In this document: piece by piece, positions 16,495 through 25,897 of the stretch
Layout of the letters: each line of letters opens with the position of its first letter
Position numbering within the stretch: the stretch's first letter is position 1
From: an uncultured Gemmatimonadales bacterium
Lineage (GTDB): Bacteria > Gemmatimonadota > Gemmatimonadetes > Gemmatimonadales > GWC2-71-9
Assembly (NCBI GenBank): GCA_963810185.1
Contig: CAWEMJ010000005.1
Location: 7,931 to 71,930 of the forward strand
Reading direction: 5' to 3'
Length of the DNA stretch: 64,000 nt
Translations under genes and position numbers: made by a program
Notes under the pieces: model-generated
The model's database searches: none
Told to the model about the DNA's origin: nothing
What the model saw: only the letters and a program-made list of their open reading frames with translations

Positions 16495-18540
16495 GTGACC
16501 AACACCGACCGCCCGGCTGAAAGCAAGACGCTTTCGCGCGAGCTGTCGGTGTTTCTCATCCAGCTGTCGGTGGGCCTCCACAAGTACGGCACCTATCCCA
16601 AGGGCCATCCCGTCATCGAGCACGCCGCCACCGCCGTGTACAACGGGCTCACGGCCCTCCTCACCAGTCGTGAGGCGCTGGCCATCGGCATCGCGCGGGA
16701 CCAGCTCATCGTGGAGGGCAACGCCACCGACACCGACAACGCCGTCCTCCGCGAATTGGCGCACCGGCTCCATCGGCACCAGATCAGTGTGGTCAAGTTC
16801 CGGAAGGAGATCGCGCCGGAGGAGTTGCTGGAGTTCCTGCAGACGGTGAGCGCGGAAGCCAACCGGCAGGAAATGCCCTTCGGGCTCCGGCCCGACGAGG
16901 AGCTGGAGCGCTGGCCCAACATCGAGATCGTGCCCTTCTCCTTCGAGCATCTCCAGATCGGCGGGGGCGAAGCCGAGGGCATCGAACACGCGCGGTCCTC
17001 CCAGCTGTGGCTCGGTCTCGCCTCGGCGGCGCTTCGGCGGGGCCGCGCGGGCGACGTGGTCGACCAGGATCCCAGCCAGATCGCCATCGCCATCAACACC
17101 CATCGGCAGGACAAGGCGTACGACCAGATCATCGTCGGCTACCTGCAGGAGCTGGGGCGCGAACTGCGGATGCGGGAGGGCGAGTCCTACACCCAGTTGC
17201 AGACCCGGGTGTCGCAACTCCTCTCCTCCCTCGACCAGGAGACCGTCACCCGGCTGCTCACGGTGGGTGGGGACCTGGCCACCCGGACCGACTTCGTGGC
17301 CGACTTCGCCTCGAGCCTCCCGGTCAAGGCGGTGCTCGACCTGGTGCAGGCGGCGGCGTCGGCGCAGCACCAGACCATTTCCCACTCCCTCCTCCGGATG
17401 CTGACCAAGCTGGCCGACCACGCCGACCAGGGGCAGACCACCGTGCGCGCGAACGCCGACGAGACCTTCCGCAACGCCGTGAACGACCTGCTCAACGACT
17501 GGACGCTCGACGACCCGAACCCCGACAACTACACGATGGTGCTCGATCAGCTGTCGCTGCCGGCCGAGGGGAAGGCCGAGCGGGAGGCGGACGCCGCGCA
17601 CCTCTCGGAGGCGCCGCGCATCCTGCAGATGGCGTTGGAGCTTGACGTCGTTGGGGAGGCGGTGTGGACCTCACTGGCCAAGGTCGTCGAGGAGGGGCGC
17701 CTCGACGAGCTGGTGGCGTCGCTGGACAACGCCCCGGCGGACTCCATGGCCGCCGAGACGATCTGGGTCAAGCTGGCCGACCCCGCGCTGATGAGCGGTA
17801 TCCTGGAGCACGGCGACGCGCATCTCGACGCGGTGGAGCGGATCCTCGACAGGGTCGGGCTGTTCGCCATCGGTCCGATGCTCGACGCGCTGGCCGTCAC
17901 CGACTCCCGCACCATGCGCCATCGTCTCCTCAACGCCATCACGGCGCTTGGAGCGCCGGTCGGCCCGCCGGCGCTGGCGCGGCTGGAGGGGGCGGAGTGG
18001 TTCGTGCAGCGGAACCTGCTCATCGTGCTGGGGGCGCTGCCTGAGTGGCCCGAGAAGTTCGATCCCGAGGCGTACGCCACCGGCGACGACCCCCGCGTCC
18101 GCCGCGAGGCCATCAAGCTGATGCTGCAGGGCACCCAGCGCCCCGACCTCCGCTCGCAGGGCATCGTGCTCGCCCTCGCGGACGGCGACGACGCCGTGAT
18201 GCGCCTGGGTCTCGTGGCCGCGCTCGAGGGCTGTCCTCCCGCCGCCGAACCGCTGCTGGCCAAGCTCCTGGAGCATGCCGACGAGGAGGTGCGCGTGCTG
18301 GCCATCCGGGTCTTCGGCACCCTGCGGAGCCGCCGGGCGCGCGACCTGCTCCTCCTCCAGGTGCTGGCCAGGAAGAAGTGGTGGCGCCGCACCCGCCTCA
18401 ACCAGCCGTCGCCTGAGGTGCTCGCCGCCCTGCGCGGACTGACGAGCGTGTGGGCCCGGCACCCCGACGTCGAGGTCGTGATGACGCTGGCCGCGCGCAG
18501 CCCCTTTCCCGACATCCGCAGCGCCGCGGGGCTGACATGA
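16495..18540 (+). CDS. HEAT-repeat protein whose N-terminal domain is paralogous to that of the downstream HD-GYP protein
   Basis: 681 aa, GTG start. N-terminus: VGLHKYGTYPKGHPVIEHA.... C-terminal HEAT-like repeats: DDPRVRREAIKLM, DDAVMRLGLVAAL, ADEEVRVLAIRVFG. Confidence 0.7.
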   Translation: MTNTDRPAESKTLSRELSVFLIQLSVGLHKYGTYPKGHPVIEHAATAVYNGLTALLTSREALAIGIARDQLIVEGNATDTDNAVLRELAHRLHRHQISVVKFRKEIAPEELLEFLQTVSAEANRQEMPFGLRPDEELERWPNIEIVPFSFEHLQIGGGEAEGIEHARSSQLWLGLASAALRRGRAGDVVDQDPSQIAIAINTHRQDKAYDQIIVGYLQELGRELRMREGESYTQLQTRVSQLLSSLDQETVTRLLTVGGDLATRTDFVADFASSLPVKAVLDLVQAAASAQHQTISHSLLRMLTKLADHADQGQTTVRANADETFRNAVNDLLNDWTLDDPNPDNYTMVLDQLSLPAEGKAEREADAAHLSEAPRILQMALELDVVGEAVWTSLAKVVEEGRLDELVASLDNAPADSMAAETIWVKLADPALMSGILEHGDAHLDAVERILDRVGLFAIGPMLDALAVTDSRTMRHRLLNAITALGAPVGPPALARLEGAEWFVQRNLLIVLGALPEWPEKFDPEAYATGDDPRVRREAIKLMLQGTQRPDLRSQGIVLALADGDDAVMRLGLVAALEGCPPAAEPLLAKLLEHADEEVRVLAIRVFGTLRSRRARDLLLLQVLARKKWWRRTRLNQPSPEVLAALRGLTSVWARHPDVEVVMTLAARSPFPDIRSAAGLT

Positions 18541-19745
18541 GCAGCCCCGTCAAGTTCCTCACCTCCCTCGGCCAGGTCATGGCCACCATGGGGCTGTACA
18601 ACCAGGGCCACCCCGCGCGCGAGCGGGCGCTGGACGACTCCTACCAGGAACTGAAGGACGTCCTCGCCGGCAGCGAGAAGCTCAGGTTTTCGTTCATCGG
18701 CGGCGACGTCGTCTTCGACCGCCGGGTCGTCCGCGAGCTGAAGGAATGGGACTGGGCCGCCAAGCTGGCGGGCATGGGCATCGAGCGGCTCGAAATCGAC
18801 GCGACGGTGACGCGCGACGACTACGAGCAGTTCCTCCGCGACACCTTCCAGCGCAGCCGCGGCGAGGCGATGGACACCGCCGAGGTGCGCCACCTCCGCG
18901 CCACCGCCATCAAGTACGGCACCCTCGCGCTCGACACCGGCGAGTCGCTCGACTCCACCGAGGCGACGCTGGCCACCGCCACCATCGCCTACTCCCTCCG
19001 CGACGACGTCGAGGCGATCAAGTGGATGCACAACCACGTGCAGAATACGGGCGAGCTGCCGCTCCTCGAGGCGGAGACGGTGGTCCGCTCCCTGGCCATC
19101 GCCATGCACAGCCAGTCCGAGATCATCCTGCCGCTGCTGCAGCTCAAGGAGTTCGACCAGTACACCACCACCCACTCCACCAACGTGTCGGTGCTCGCCA
19201 TGGCCATCGGCGAGTACCTCGGCTTTGCGGGACGGGAACTCCGCGTCCTCGGCGTGTCCGGCCTGCTGCACGACCTCGGCAAGGTGAAGATCCCCCGCGA
19301 AATCCTCATCAAGCCGGGCGGCTTCACCGACGAGGAGTTCACCATCATGAAGGCGCACCCCAAGGAGGGGGCCAAGCTCATCCTCGACCGGGACGTGCGG
19401 CTCGAGGTCCCGGCGGTGGTGGCCTACGAGCACCACATCATGCTCAACGGCGGCGGGTATCCCGCCTTCCATTTCGTGCGGGACACCCACTACGCCAGCC
19501 GCCTGGTGCATGTCTGCGACGTGTACGACGCGCTCTGCACCAACCGGCCCTACCGGGAGGCGTGGTCCTCCACCAAGGCGCTGGATTACCTCGAGGAGAA
19601 ATCCGGCACCGACTTCGATCCGGTGTTCAGCCTGCCGTTCATCAAGATGATGAAGGAGCGCACGGTGCAGCGGCTGTCGGTCGAGGATCCGGAAGTGACG
19701 GAAGGCGGGGCAGCGGGGCAGGGTGGCAGCGGGGCGGGCTCGTGA
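18537..19745 (+). CDS. HD-GYP domain c-di-GMP phosphodiesterase-like protein
   Basis: ATG at 18537 overlaps the upstream stop (ATGA). HSTNVSVLAMAIG...GLLHDLGKVKIP...HPKEGAKLI...YEHHIMLNGGGYP...VCDVYDALCTNRPYR. Confidence 0.9.
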   Translation: MSSPVKFLTSLGQVMATMGLYNQGHPARERALDDSYQELKDVLAGSEKLRFSFIGGDVVFDRRVVRELKEWDWAAKLAGMGIERLEIDATVTRDDYEQFLRDTFQRSRGEAMDTAEVRHLRATAIKYGTLALDTGESLDSTEATLATATIAYSLRDDVEAIKWMHNHVQNTGELPLLEAETVVRSLAIAMHSQSEIILPLLQLKEFDQYTTTHSTNVSVLAMAIGEYLGFAGRELRVLGVSGLLHDLGKVKIPREILIKPGGFTDEEFTIMKAHPKEGAKLILDRDVRLEVPAVVAYEHHIMLNGGGYPAFHFVRDTHYASRLVHVCDVYDALCTNRPYREAWSSTKALDYLEEKSGTDFDPVFSLPFIKMMKERTVQRLSVEDPEVTEGGAAGQGGSGAGS

Positions 19746-20176
19746 ACGGCGTAACGGTGGTGGCGTTCGCGCTCGCGGTGGTCTTCTGCGTGCTCAGCCT
19801 GCTGCACATCGGGTGGGCGCTTGGGCTCCGAGGCGGACAGGTGCAGGTCGTGCCGGAACGGCCGGACGGACAGCCGGTCTTTCGGCCGGGGCCCTTCGCG
19901 ACGCTGGCCGTCGCGGGCCTGCTCTTCCTGGCCGCGCTCTTTGTCACCCAGCGCGCGGGGCTGGGACGCGAGTGGATTCCCGCTGCCCTCGTCGGGCCCG
20001 GCTGCTGGGGCGTCTCGGCGGCGCTGGTGCTCCGTGCCATCGGCGAGTTCCGCTATGTGGGCGTTTTCAAGCGGGTGCGCGGCACCGCGTTCGCCCGGAT
20101 GGACAACCGGCTGTATACGCCGTTGGCGCTCCTCCTTGGACTCGGCGCTGGATTCGTGGCGTACGCCGCTCGATGA
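19742..20176 (+). CDS. DUF3995-like membrane protein
   Basis: GTG at 19742 overlaps the upstream stop (GTGA). Four hydrophobic helices; LRAIGEFRYVGVFKR. Confidence 0.6.
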   Translation: MNGVTVVAFALAVVFCVLSLLHIGWALGLRGGQVQVVPERPDGQPVFRPGPFATLAVAGLLFLAALFVTQRAGLGREWIPAALVGPGCWGVSAALVLRAIGEFRYVGVFKRVRGTAFARMDNRLYTPLALLLGLGAGFVAYAAR

Positions 20177-20213
20177 ACGGCCCCGCTGCCCCGCGGCCCC
20201 GCGGTCCCGCCTG

Positions 20214-20576
20214 ATGCCCCCCAAGCCGCTCACCCGCCTCCGCAAACTCTGCCTCAAGTTGCCCGAATCCCACGAAGTCGAGGCCTGGGGCGCGCCGACG
20301 TTCCGCGTCAAGAACAAGCTCTTCGCCATGTACGCCGCCCCGGACAACCATCACGGCGGCGGCCGGCCCGGGGTGTGGGTCAAGGCGGCGCCCGGGAATC
20401 AGCAACTCATGGTTCGGGCCCAGCCGAAACGGTTTTTCGTGCCGCCGTACGTGGGCCCGAGCGGATGGGTCGGCGTGTGGCTCGACGGCAAGGTGGACTG
20501 GGAGGAACTCGCCGGGCTCCTGGAGGACAGCTACCGCATGACGGCGCCGAAGCGACTGCTGGCGGCGCTGGAATGA
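20214..20576 (+). CDS. MmcQ/YjbR-family protein
   Basis: ATG at 20214: LRKLCLKLPESHEVEAWGAPTFRVKNKLFAMY...FFVPPYVGPSGWVGVWL. Confidence 0.7.
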   Translation: MPPKPLTRLRKLCLKLPESHEVEAWGAPTFRVKNKLFAMYAAPDNHHGGGRPGVWVKAAPGNQQLMVRAQPKRFFVPPYVGPSGWVGVWLDGKVDWEELAGLLEDSYRMTAPKRLLAALE

Positions 20577-20645
20577 CACACCGGGCGGGGAACGGTTACC
20601 CGGGCAGGGGGTGCAGGGCGCCACGCTAGGGGCGACGGTACCGGG

Positions 20646-20675
20646 TTGACGAGATATACTGTTAACCGGTATACT
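20646..20675 (+). promoter_or_regulatory. Candidate higBA-2 promoter with duplicated TATACT box
   Basis: TTGACG at 20646-20651, 18-nt spacer, TATACT at 20670-20675. A second TATACT lies at 20655-20660. Confidence 0.45.
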
Positions 20676-20697
20676 ACACTATCGCCACCGGGCGCCC

Positions 20698-20991
20698 GTG
20701 ATTCGCTCCTTTCACACTGCCGGAACGGCCGACCTCTACCACGGACGTGATACGCGCGCGGCCCGCCGCACCTGCCCGGTCGCGCTTCGACGCACGGTGG
20801 TGCGCAAGCTGGAATACCTGGACGTCGCGGTGCGGTTGGCCGATCTGATGGCCCCGCCGGGAAATCGGCTCGAACCGTTGCTCGGACGGCGCGAGGGCCA
20901 ACACAGCATTCGGATCAATGACCAGTACCGGATCTGCTTTCGGTGGGGCGAGCGTGGTCCGGAGGACGTCGAGGTCGTTGACTACCACTGA
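20698..20991 (+). CDS. higB: HigB-type toxin, second copy
   Basis: 97 aa, collinear with 4692-4985: MIRSFHTAGTADLYHGRDTRAARR...NRLEPLLGRREGQHSIRINDQYRICFRW...VEVVDYH. Confidence 0.85.
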   Translation: MIRSFHTAGTADLYHGRDTRAARRTCPVALRRTVVRKLEYLDVAVRLADLMAPPGNRLEPLLGRREGQHSIRINDQYRICFRWGERGPEDVEVVDYH

Positions 20992-21007
20992 TCGTTCGGG
21001 GGCACAG

Positions 21008-21349
21008 ATGCCGATTCAACTGCCCGAGCAGAGACCGCCCCTGCATCCTGGCGAGGTCCTGGCCGAGGAGTTCCTGCGACCGCTCGCGCTGACGCAGGTG
21101 GCGCTGGCTGAACGGCTCGCCATTCCATTCCAGCGCGTCAACCAGATCGTCCGTGGACGACGAGCCGTCACGCCGGACACTGCCCTGCGCCTGGCCCAGC
21201 TGTTCGGCACCTCGGCCGAGTTGTGGCTGAACCTTCAACAGCGCTGGGATCTCCACCACGCTGCCCACGCACCGGCGAGTCGGTCCATCGCGGCCATTCG
21301 TCCCCTCCGGAAGCCGCCTCGGCGAGGCGCCAAGCCCCGCGCAGGGTGA
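21008..21349 (+). CDS. higA: HigA-type antitoxin, second copy
   Basis: ATG at 21008: HPGEVLAEEFLRPLALTQVALAERLAIPFQRVNQIVRGRRAVTPDTALRLAQLFGTSAELWLNLQ. Confidence 0.85.
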   Translation: MPIQLPEQRPPLHPGEVLAEEFLRPLALTQVALAERLAIPFQRVNQIVRGRRAVTPDTALRLAQLFGTSAELWLNLQQRWDLHHAAHAPASRSIAAIRPLRKPPRRGAKPRAG

Positions 21350-21353
21350 AGCC

Positions 21354-21842
21354 ATGATCCTCCGCCCCATGACCCCGGCCGACTATCCCGCCGTCGCGGA
21401 CATCTACCGCGAGGGCATCGCCACCGGCAACGCCACCTTCAACACCGACGCGCCGAGCTGGGAGGCGTGGGACAAGGGCCACCTGGCCGCCTGCCGCCTC
21501 GTGGCGGTGGAGGGAGAGCGCATCCTCGGGTGGACCGCCCTGAGCCCGGTGTCCGACCGCTGCGTGTACGGCGGCGTGGCGGAGCTGCAGGTGTACGTCT
21601 CCGCGAGCGGGCGCGGGAAGGGCGTCGGGATGGCACTGCTGCACGGCTTGATTGCCGCCGCGGACGCCGCCGGCATCTGGACGCTGCAGGCGGGCGTCTT
21701 TCCCGAAAACACCGCGAGCGTCACCCTCCACGAACGGGCGGGCTTCCGCCTTGTGGGCCGCCGCGAACGGCTGGGCCAGATGCACGGTGTGTGGCGCGAT
21801 GTGCTGTTGCTGGAGCGGCGCAGCGCGAAGGTCGGCGTCTAG
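21354..21842 (+). CDS. GNAT N-acetyltransferase, phosphinothricin-acetyltransferase-like
   Basis: 162 aa: IYREGIATGNATFNTDAPSWEAWDKGH...VYVSASGRGKGVGMALL...GIWTLQAGVFPENTASVTLHERAGFRLVG. Confidence 0.85.
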   Translation: MILRPMTPADYPAVADIYREGIATGNATFNTDAPSWEAWDKGHLAACRLVAVEGERILGWTALSPVSDRCVYGGVAELQVYVSASGRGKGVGMALLHGLIAAADAAGIWTLQAGVFPENTASVTLHERAGFRLVGRRERLGQMHGVWRDVLLLERRSAKVGV

Positions 21843-21855
21843 TCGCACCCTTCCC

Positions 21856-21909
21856 GTCACCCCCGCGAAAGCGTTGGCCCAGCCGTCACCCCCGCGAAAG
21901 CGGGGGTCC
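21856..21909 (+). repeat. Family B hairpin repeat: one half copy plus one full copy
   Basis: GTCACCCCCGCGAAAGCG...GTCACCCCCGCGAAAGCGGGGGTCC. Confidence 0.8.
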
Positions 21910-22006
21910 AGATTCCTCCCCCGCGTTCCCGCCTTGACTCGTGCTTGACTCCCAACCGGTATCTCCCCGGTGCATTCGATTCCGAATCCACTCCGGGAGG
22001 TGCCCC

Positions 22007-22548
22007 ATGTTCCGCGCGCTGCTCGCCCTCAGTCTCGTCTCGCTGGCCGCTGCCCAGGGTAGTCAGGCCCAGCAGGACACCACCGGGCTGGTGCCCGGCC
22101 GACGGATCCGCATCCACCAGCAGGGCAACAGTACGGTGGTCGGCAGCTTCGTCTCGCTCGATGCAGCATCGCTGGCCATGGTGACAGGCGCCGGCGACAC
22201 GGTCCAGGTTTCTCGGGACCACATCGTCGGCCTCGACCTCTCCCAAGGCACGAAGTCGAACGCCGGCAAAGGGGCGCTTACCGGGCTGCTCATTGGTGGG
22301 TTGGGCGGCGTGATCATCGGCGTCGCGGCCTCGGCAGCGACGATGACGACATTCTGGAGTTCGGCGCCGGCACCTGGGCTGCAGGCATCGGACTGACCTT
22401 CGGCGCCCTCGGCGCCGGTGTCGGGGCGCTGATCGGCTCCGGACAGCGCACCGACAAGTGGGCGCCGACGGCCTGGCCGACCTTGAGTTTCCAACCTTCT
22501 CGACGGGACGGTGGGACGGTCGCGCTCGGCATGCACCTCACCTTTTGA
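22007..22548 (+). CDS. Secreted glycine-zipper-like protein, one frameshift
   Basis: ATG at 22007 with GGGAGG upstream; signal peptide MFRALLALSLVSLAAAQG. After about 22335 the sensible reading (GAGTWAAGIGLTFGALGAGVGALIGSG...) is in another frame, ending at TGA 22546-22548. Confidence 0.45.
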
Positions 22549-22600
22549 CGGTTGGTGCCGGTTGATACCTTACAATGTCGGTATCAACCGGAGGCGGGGC

Positions 22601-23092
22601 ATGATCGATCGCGACCTTTCTCGGCTCATGGCAGAAAACGTGACCCCCCGCGCGGGCCGCGGCTCCTGGCACGGGGGCCCCACCGTGGTGGGCGCGCTCC
22701 GCGGAGTCACCGTGCAGCAGGCCCTCTGGCGCCCCGCCCCGGGGCGCCATTCCATCTGGGAGCTGGCGCTCCACATCGCCTACTGGCACCACATCATCAC
22801 GCAGCGGCTCCGGGGCGGGGAGCGGGAGCCCTTCCCGCGGAGCCCCGCCAACTGGCCCGCGATGCCTGCGCGGCCCGACGATGCGGCGTGGCAGCGCGAC
22901 CGCGCGCTGGTGCGCGCCGCGCATCTCGAGGTGGCGGCCACGATCCGCGCCGTGCCCCCGTCGGACTACGGTCGCCGCCCTGCCGGCAACCGCAAGTGGA
23001 CCATCGGCGAGACGATCCTCGGCGCGGCCCAGCACGAGGCGTATCACACCGGGCAGATCCAGGTGCTCAAGCGACTGATTGTGCACGCCTGA
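22601..23092 (+). CDS. DinB-superfamily protein
   Basis: ATG at 22601: SIWELALHIAYWHHIITQRL...ILGAAQHEAYHTGQIQVLKRL. Confidence 0.8.
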   Translation: MIDRDLSRLMAENVTPRAGRGSWHGGPTVVGALRGVTVQQALWRPAPGRHSIWELALHIAYWHHIITQRLRGGEREPFPRSPANWPAMPARPDDAAWQRDRALVRAAHLEVAATIRAVPPSDYGRRPAGNRKWTIGETILGAAQHEAYHTGQIQVLKRLIVHA

Positions 23093-23103
23093 CCTTCAAC
23101 GCC

Positions 23104-23163
23104 GTCCCCCTCTCCACATGGTGGATCCCCGCTTTCGCGGGGATGACAGGGGACAGGGGGTGG
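23104..23163 (+). repeat. Composite: family A copy 8 interrupted by an inverted family B element (23123-23147)
   Basis: GTCCCCCTCTCCACATGGTGGA[TCCCCGCTTTCGCGGGGATGAC]AGGGGACAGGGGGTGG. Confidence 0.85.
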
Positions 23164-23195
23164 TTTCGCACGTCCTCGGCGGGAGACCTCATCTG

Positions 23196-23951
23196 ATGCA
23201 GCGCGGGCGCACACTCCTCAATTCGATATTCGCGCTGGGCCTCCTCGCCGCCACCGGCGCCTGCCAGGACGCCGGTGCGCCCGCTCCGCAGCAGCCGGCG
23301 TCGCTCCGGGTGCTCTTCATCGGGAACAGTCTCACCTACACCAACGACCTGCCGGGCACCCTCACCCACGTGGCCAGGACCGCCGGCGACGAGATCTACG
23401 TCGAGATGATCGCCCGGCCGAACTACGCCCTGATCGACCACCTCACCTACAACAGCGGCGCCGAGGCGGCCATCCGCCGCGGCGGCTGGGACTTCGTGGT
23501 GCTGCAGCAGGGGCCCACCACGCTTCCCATCAACCGCGATTCACTGGTGCTCTGGACCCGGATGTTCGACTCGATCATCCGCCCGACTGGCGCGCGGACC
23601 GCGCTCTTTATGGTATGGCCGCAGGGGGCTTCGGCGCAGGGGTTCGACGCCGTCCGGATCTCGTTTCAGGACGCGGCGACGGCGGTGAACGGGGTGTTCC
23701 TCCCGGCGGGCGTCGCCTGGGAAATCGCGCTGCAGCGCGACAGCACCTTGGCCCTCTACGGACCCGACAACTTCCACCCCTCTCCCCTTGGCAGTTACCT
23801 CGCCGCCATCACGATCTACGAGAAGATCACCGGGCACGACGCCCGGAAGCTTTCCGGGTCCGCGTTCATGAACGGTGCCGCGCTCAACGTGCCCACCGCC
23901 ACGGTGCGCCGGCTCCAGGATGCCGCACACGAGGCGAATACCAGGTACTAG
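23196..23951 (+). CDS. SGNH/GDSL-like hydrolase lipoprotein
   Basis: ATG at 23196; lipobox LLAATGAC; LRVLFIGNSLTYTNDLP...; DNFHPSPLGSYLAAITIY. Confidence 0.75.
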   Translation: MQRGRTLLNSIFALGLLAATGACQDAGAPAPQQPASLRVLFIGNSLTYTNDLPGTLTHVARTAGDEIYVEMIARPNYALIDHLTYNSGAEAAIRRGGWDFVVLQQGPTTLPINRDSLVLWTRMFDSIIRPTGARTALFMVWPQGASAQGFDAVRISFQDAATAVNGVFLPAGVAWEIALQRDSTLALYGPDNFHPSPLGSYLAAITIYEKITGHDARKLSGSAFMNGAALNVPTATVRRLQDAAHEANTRY

Positions 23952-24641
23952 TCAGGGTTCACGGGCCACGAAGCTCAGCCGCTGCTGGACCAGCTGTCGC
24001 ACCGGCAGACCGCGGGCGCGAGCCGCTCGAAACCTGGTGGCAAGGACCGCGTCGAGCGCCGCCGTTTGGAAACCCGGGTGCGATGCGGTCACCACCCGGA
24101 CGCTCGCCGGCTCCACCCGCCCCAGCGTATCCACGACAAACTCAAGCACGACACTCCCGGTCACGCCGGCCCGCTCGAGTACCACCGGATACCGCAATCG
24201 CCCAGCTTCCAGGACGCGGGCCGGGTCGTCCACCTCCATGGCGGTCCACGGCACCCCACTGGCGGGGCCTCCCAACCAGCCCGGAGTCCCGATGCCGGGG
24301 GATGCCGAGGGATCTGTCGTCACCCCTGCGGTGGGCACACCGGCAGTGAGGGCGAGCGCCGAGGGGAGCCCGACCGGCGATATCGTCGCTGCGTCGATCG
24401 GACCGGGAAGGAGGGCGGCGCCAGACGTGCTGGTGCTCGGTGCAGGCACGGCGGGGGCCGCGAGCAAGATGGGGAAGAACACCATCGGATCGATCGGTGG
24501 CTCGCGGGTTGGGGTCAAGCCGGATTCCGTGGTCCACAGGATGGCGGCGCCGATCAGTACGGCGTGCACCGCCACCGAGAGCATGGCATGACCGGGGCCG
24601 GAGTCCGCGCCGGCCGAGGACGCGGGAAGAATGTCGAACAC
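23952..24641 (-). CDS. TonB-family protein (C-terminal TonB domain)
   Basis: Proposed GTG at 24641 (VFDILPASS...), TM helix MLSVAVHAVLIGAAILW, Pro/Ala linker, C-terminus RYPVVLERAGVTGSVVLEFVVDTLGRVEPASVRVV. The start is uncertain. Confidence 0.65.
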   Translation of the reverse strand: MFDILPASSAGADSGPGHAMLSVAVHAVLIGAAILWTTESGLTPTREPPIDPMVFFPILLAAPAVPAPSTSTSGAALLPGPIDAATISPVGLPSALALTAGVPTAGVTTDPSASPGIGTPGWLGGPASGVPWTAMEVDDPARVLEAGRLRYPVVLERAGVTGSVVLEFVVDTLGRVEPASVRVVTASHPGFQTAALDAVLATRFRAARARGLPVRQLVQQRLSFVAREP

Positions 24642-24943
24642 AGGTGGCTCCTGGTGAGAGGTGCGTCCACGATGGCACCTGCACCTGACAGCAGCCCTCC
24701 GGCTCCATGACAATTCCATGACGAGCGGATGAGGGCTCGTGACCGATCCCCCCCCCTCGCCCGACAGCCTCGACGGCGGTACTTTCACCGCGTACCCATT
24801 CTTCGAGTGGCAATGAAGTCCCTTCACCTGCGCCTCTCCCCGACCACGATCGAACGGCTCCTGCTGGCGGCGATCGCGCTGTTGCTGATCGCCTTCGTGG
24901 CCGTCCTCCTGGTGCAGCCGAGCGCGGTGGGGCGGGGGGGCCG

Positions 24944-25891
24944 GTGAGCGGCGAGAGGGGACAGGGGCCCAACGATCTCGGTTTCGGGGCGGTGGTCTCC
25001 CGTGAGAGCCGCCAGCGCCTCCTGAATCGCGACGGCAGTTTCAACGTCGAACGGGTCGGCCTGCCGTGGTACGGCTCGATGTCGCTCTATCACACCCTGA
25101 TCAACACCAGTTGGACCCGCTTTCTCGGCCTCGTGAGCCTCGGCTATCTCCTCGCCAATCTCGGCTTTGCCCTGGTCTACTACGGCCTCGGCCCGGGTGC
25201 GCTGCATGGCCCCGACGTGGCCGCCGAGGCGGAGCGGCTCTGGCAGTGCTTCTTCTTCAGCGTCCAGACCCTGGCCACCATCGGCTACGGCGTGGTGAGT
25301 CCCGCCACCCACGCGGCCAACGTCGTGGTGGCCGTCGAGTCGGTCACCGGGCTGGTCGGCTTCGCGGTGGTGAGCGGGATTGCGTTCGCGCGGTTCGCGC
25401 GACCGGTCGGCCGCTTCATCTTCAGCGAGCGGGCGCTCGTCGCCCCGTTCAAGGGCGGCACAGGGCTGATGTTCCGCACCACCAACGCCCGGCAGAACCA
25501 GATGCTGGATGTGCACGCCCGCGTGCTCCTGGCGCGGCGGATCGGCCCGGATCGGATGGAGCGGGAGTTCATCGAACTGCCACTCGAGCGCGAGCACGTC
25601 GCCTTCTTCCCGCTGACCTGGACCGTGGTGCACCCGATCACGCCGACCAGCCCTATCTGGGGCGCCACCGCCGAGTCGCTCGGCGCCTGCGACAGCGAAT
25701 TCATCGTGCTGCTCTCGGGTGTGGACGAGACCTTCAGCCAGACGGTCTTTGCCCGGACGTCGTATCGTGGAGACGAGGTCGCGTTTGGCGCCCGGTTCGT
25801 GGACGCCTTCGACCGCTCGCAGGACGATGGCGTGCTGCGGGTGGACGTACGCAAGTTGAGCCAGATCCAGATGACTGATGGGACATCGTGA
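24944..25891 (+). CDS. Inward-rectifier (KirBac-like) K+ channel
   Basis: 315 aa: RLLNRDGSFNVER...SWTRFL...FFFSVQTLATIGYG selectivity filter, followed by a cytoplasmic Ig-like domain. Confidence 0.85.
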   Translation: MSGERGQGPNDLGFGAVVSRESRQRLLNRDGSFNVERVGLPWYGSMSLYHTLINTSWTRFLGLVSLGYLLANLGFALVYYGLGPGALHGPDVAAEAERLWQCFFFSVQTLATIGYGVVSPATHAANVVVAVESVTGLVGFAVVSGIAFARFARPVGRFIFSERALVAPFKGGTGLMFRTTNARQNQMLDVHARVLLARRIGPDRMEREFIELPLEREHVAFFPLTWTVVHPITPTSPIWGATAESLGACDSEFIVLLSGVDETFSQTVFARTSYRGDEVAFGARFVDAFDRSQDDGVLRVDVRKLSQIQMTDGTS

Positions 25892-25897
25892 GGCATC

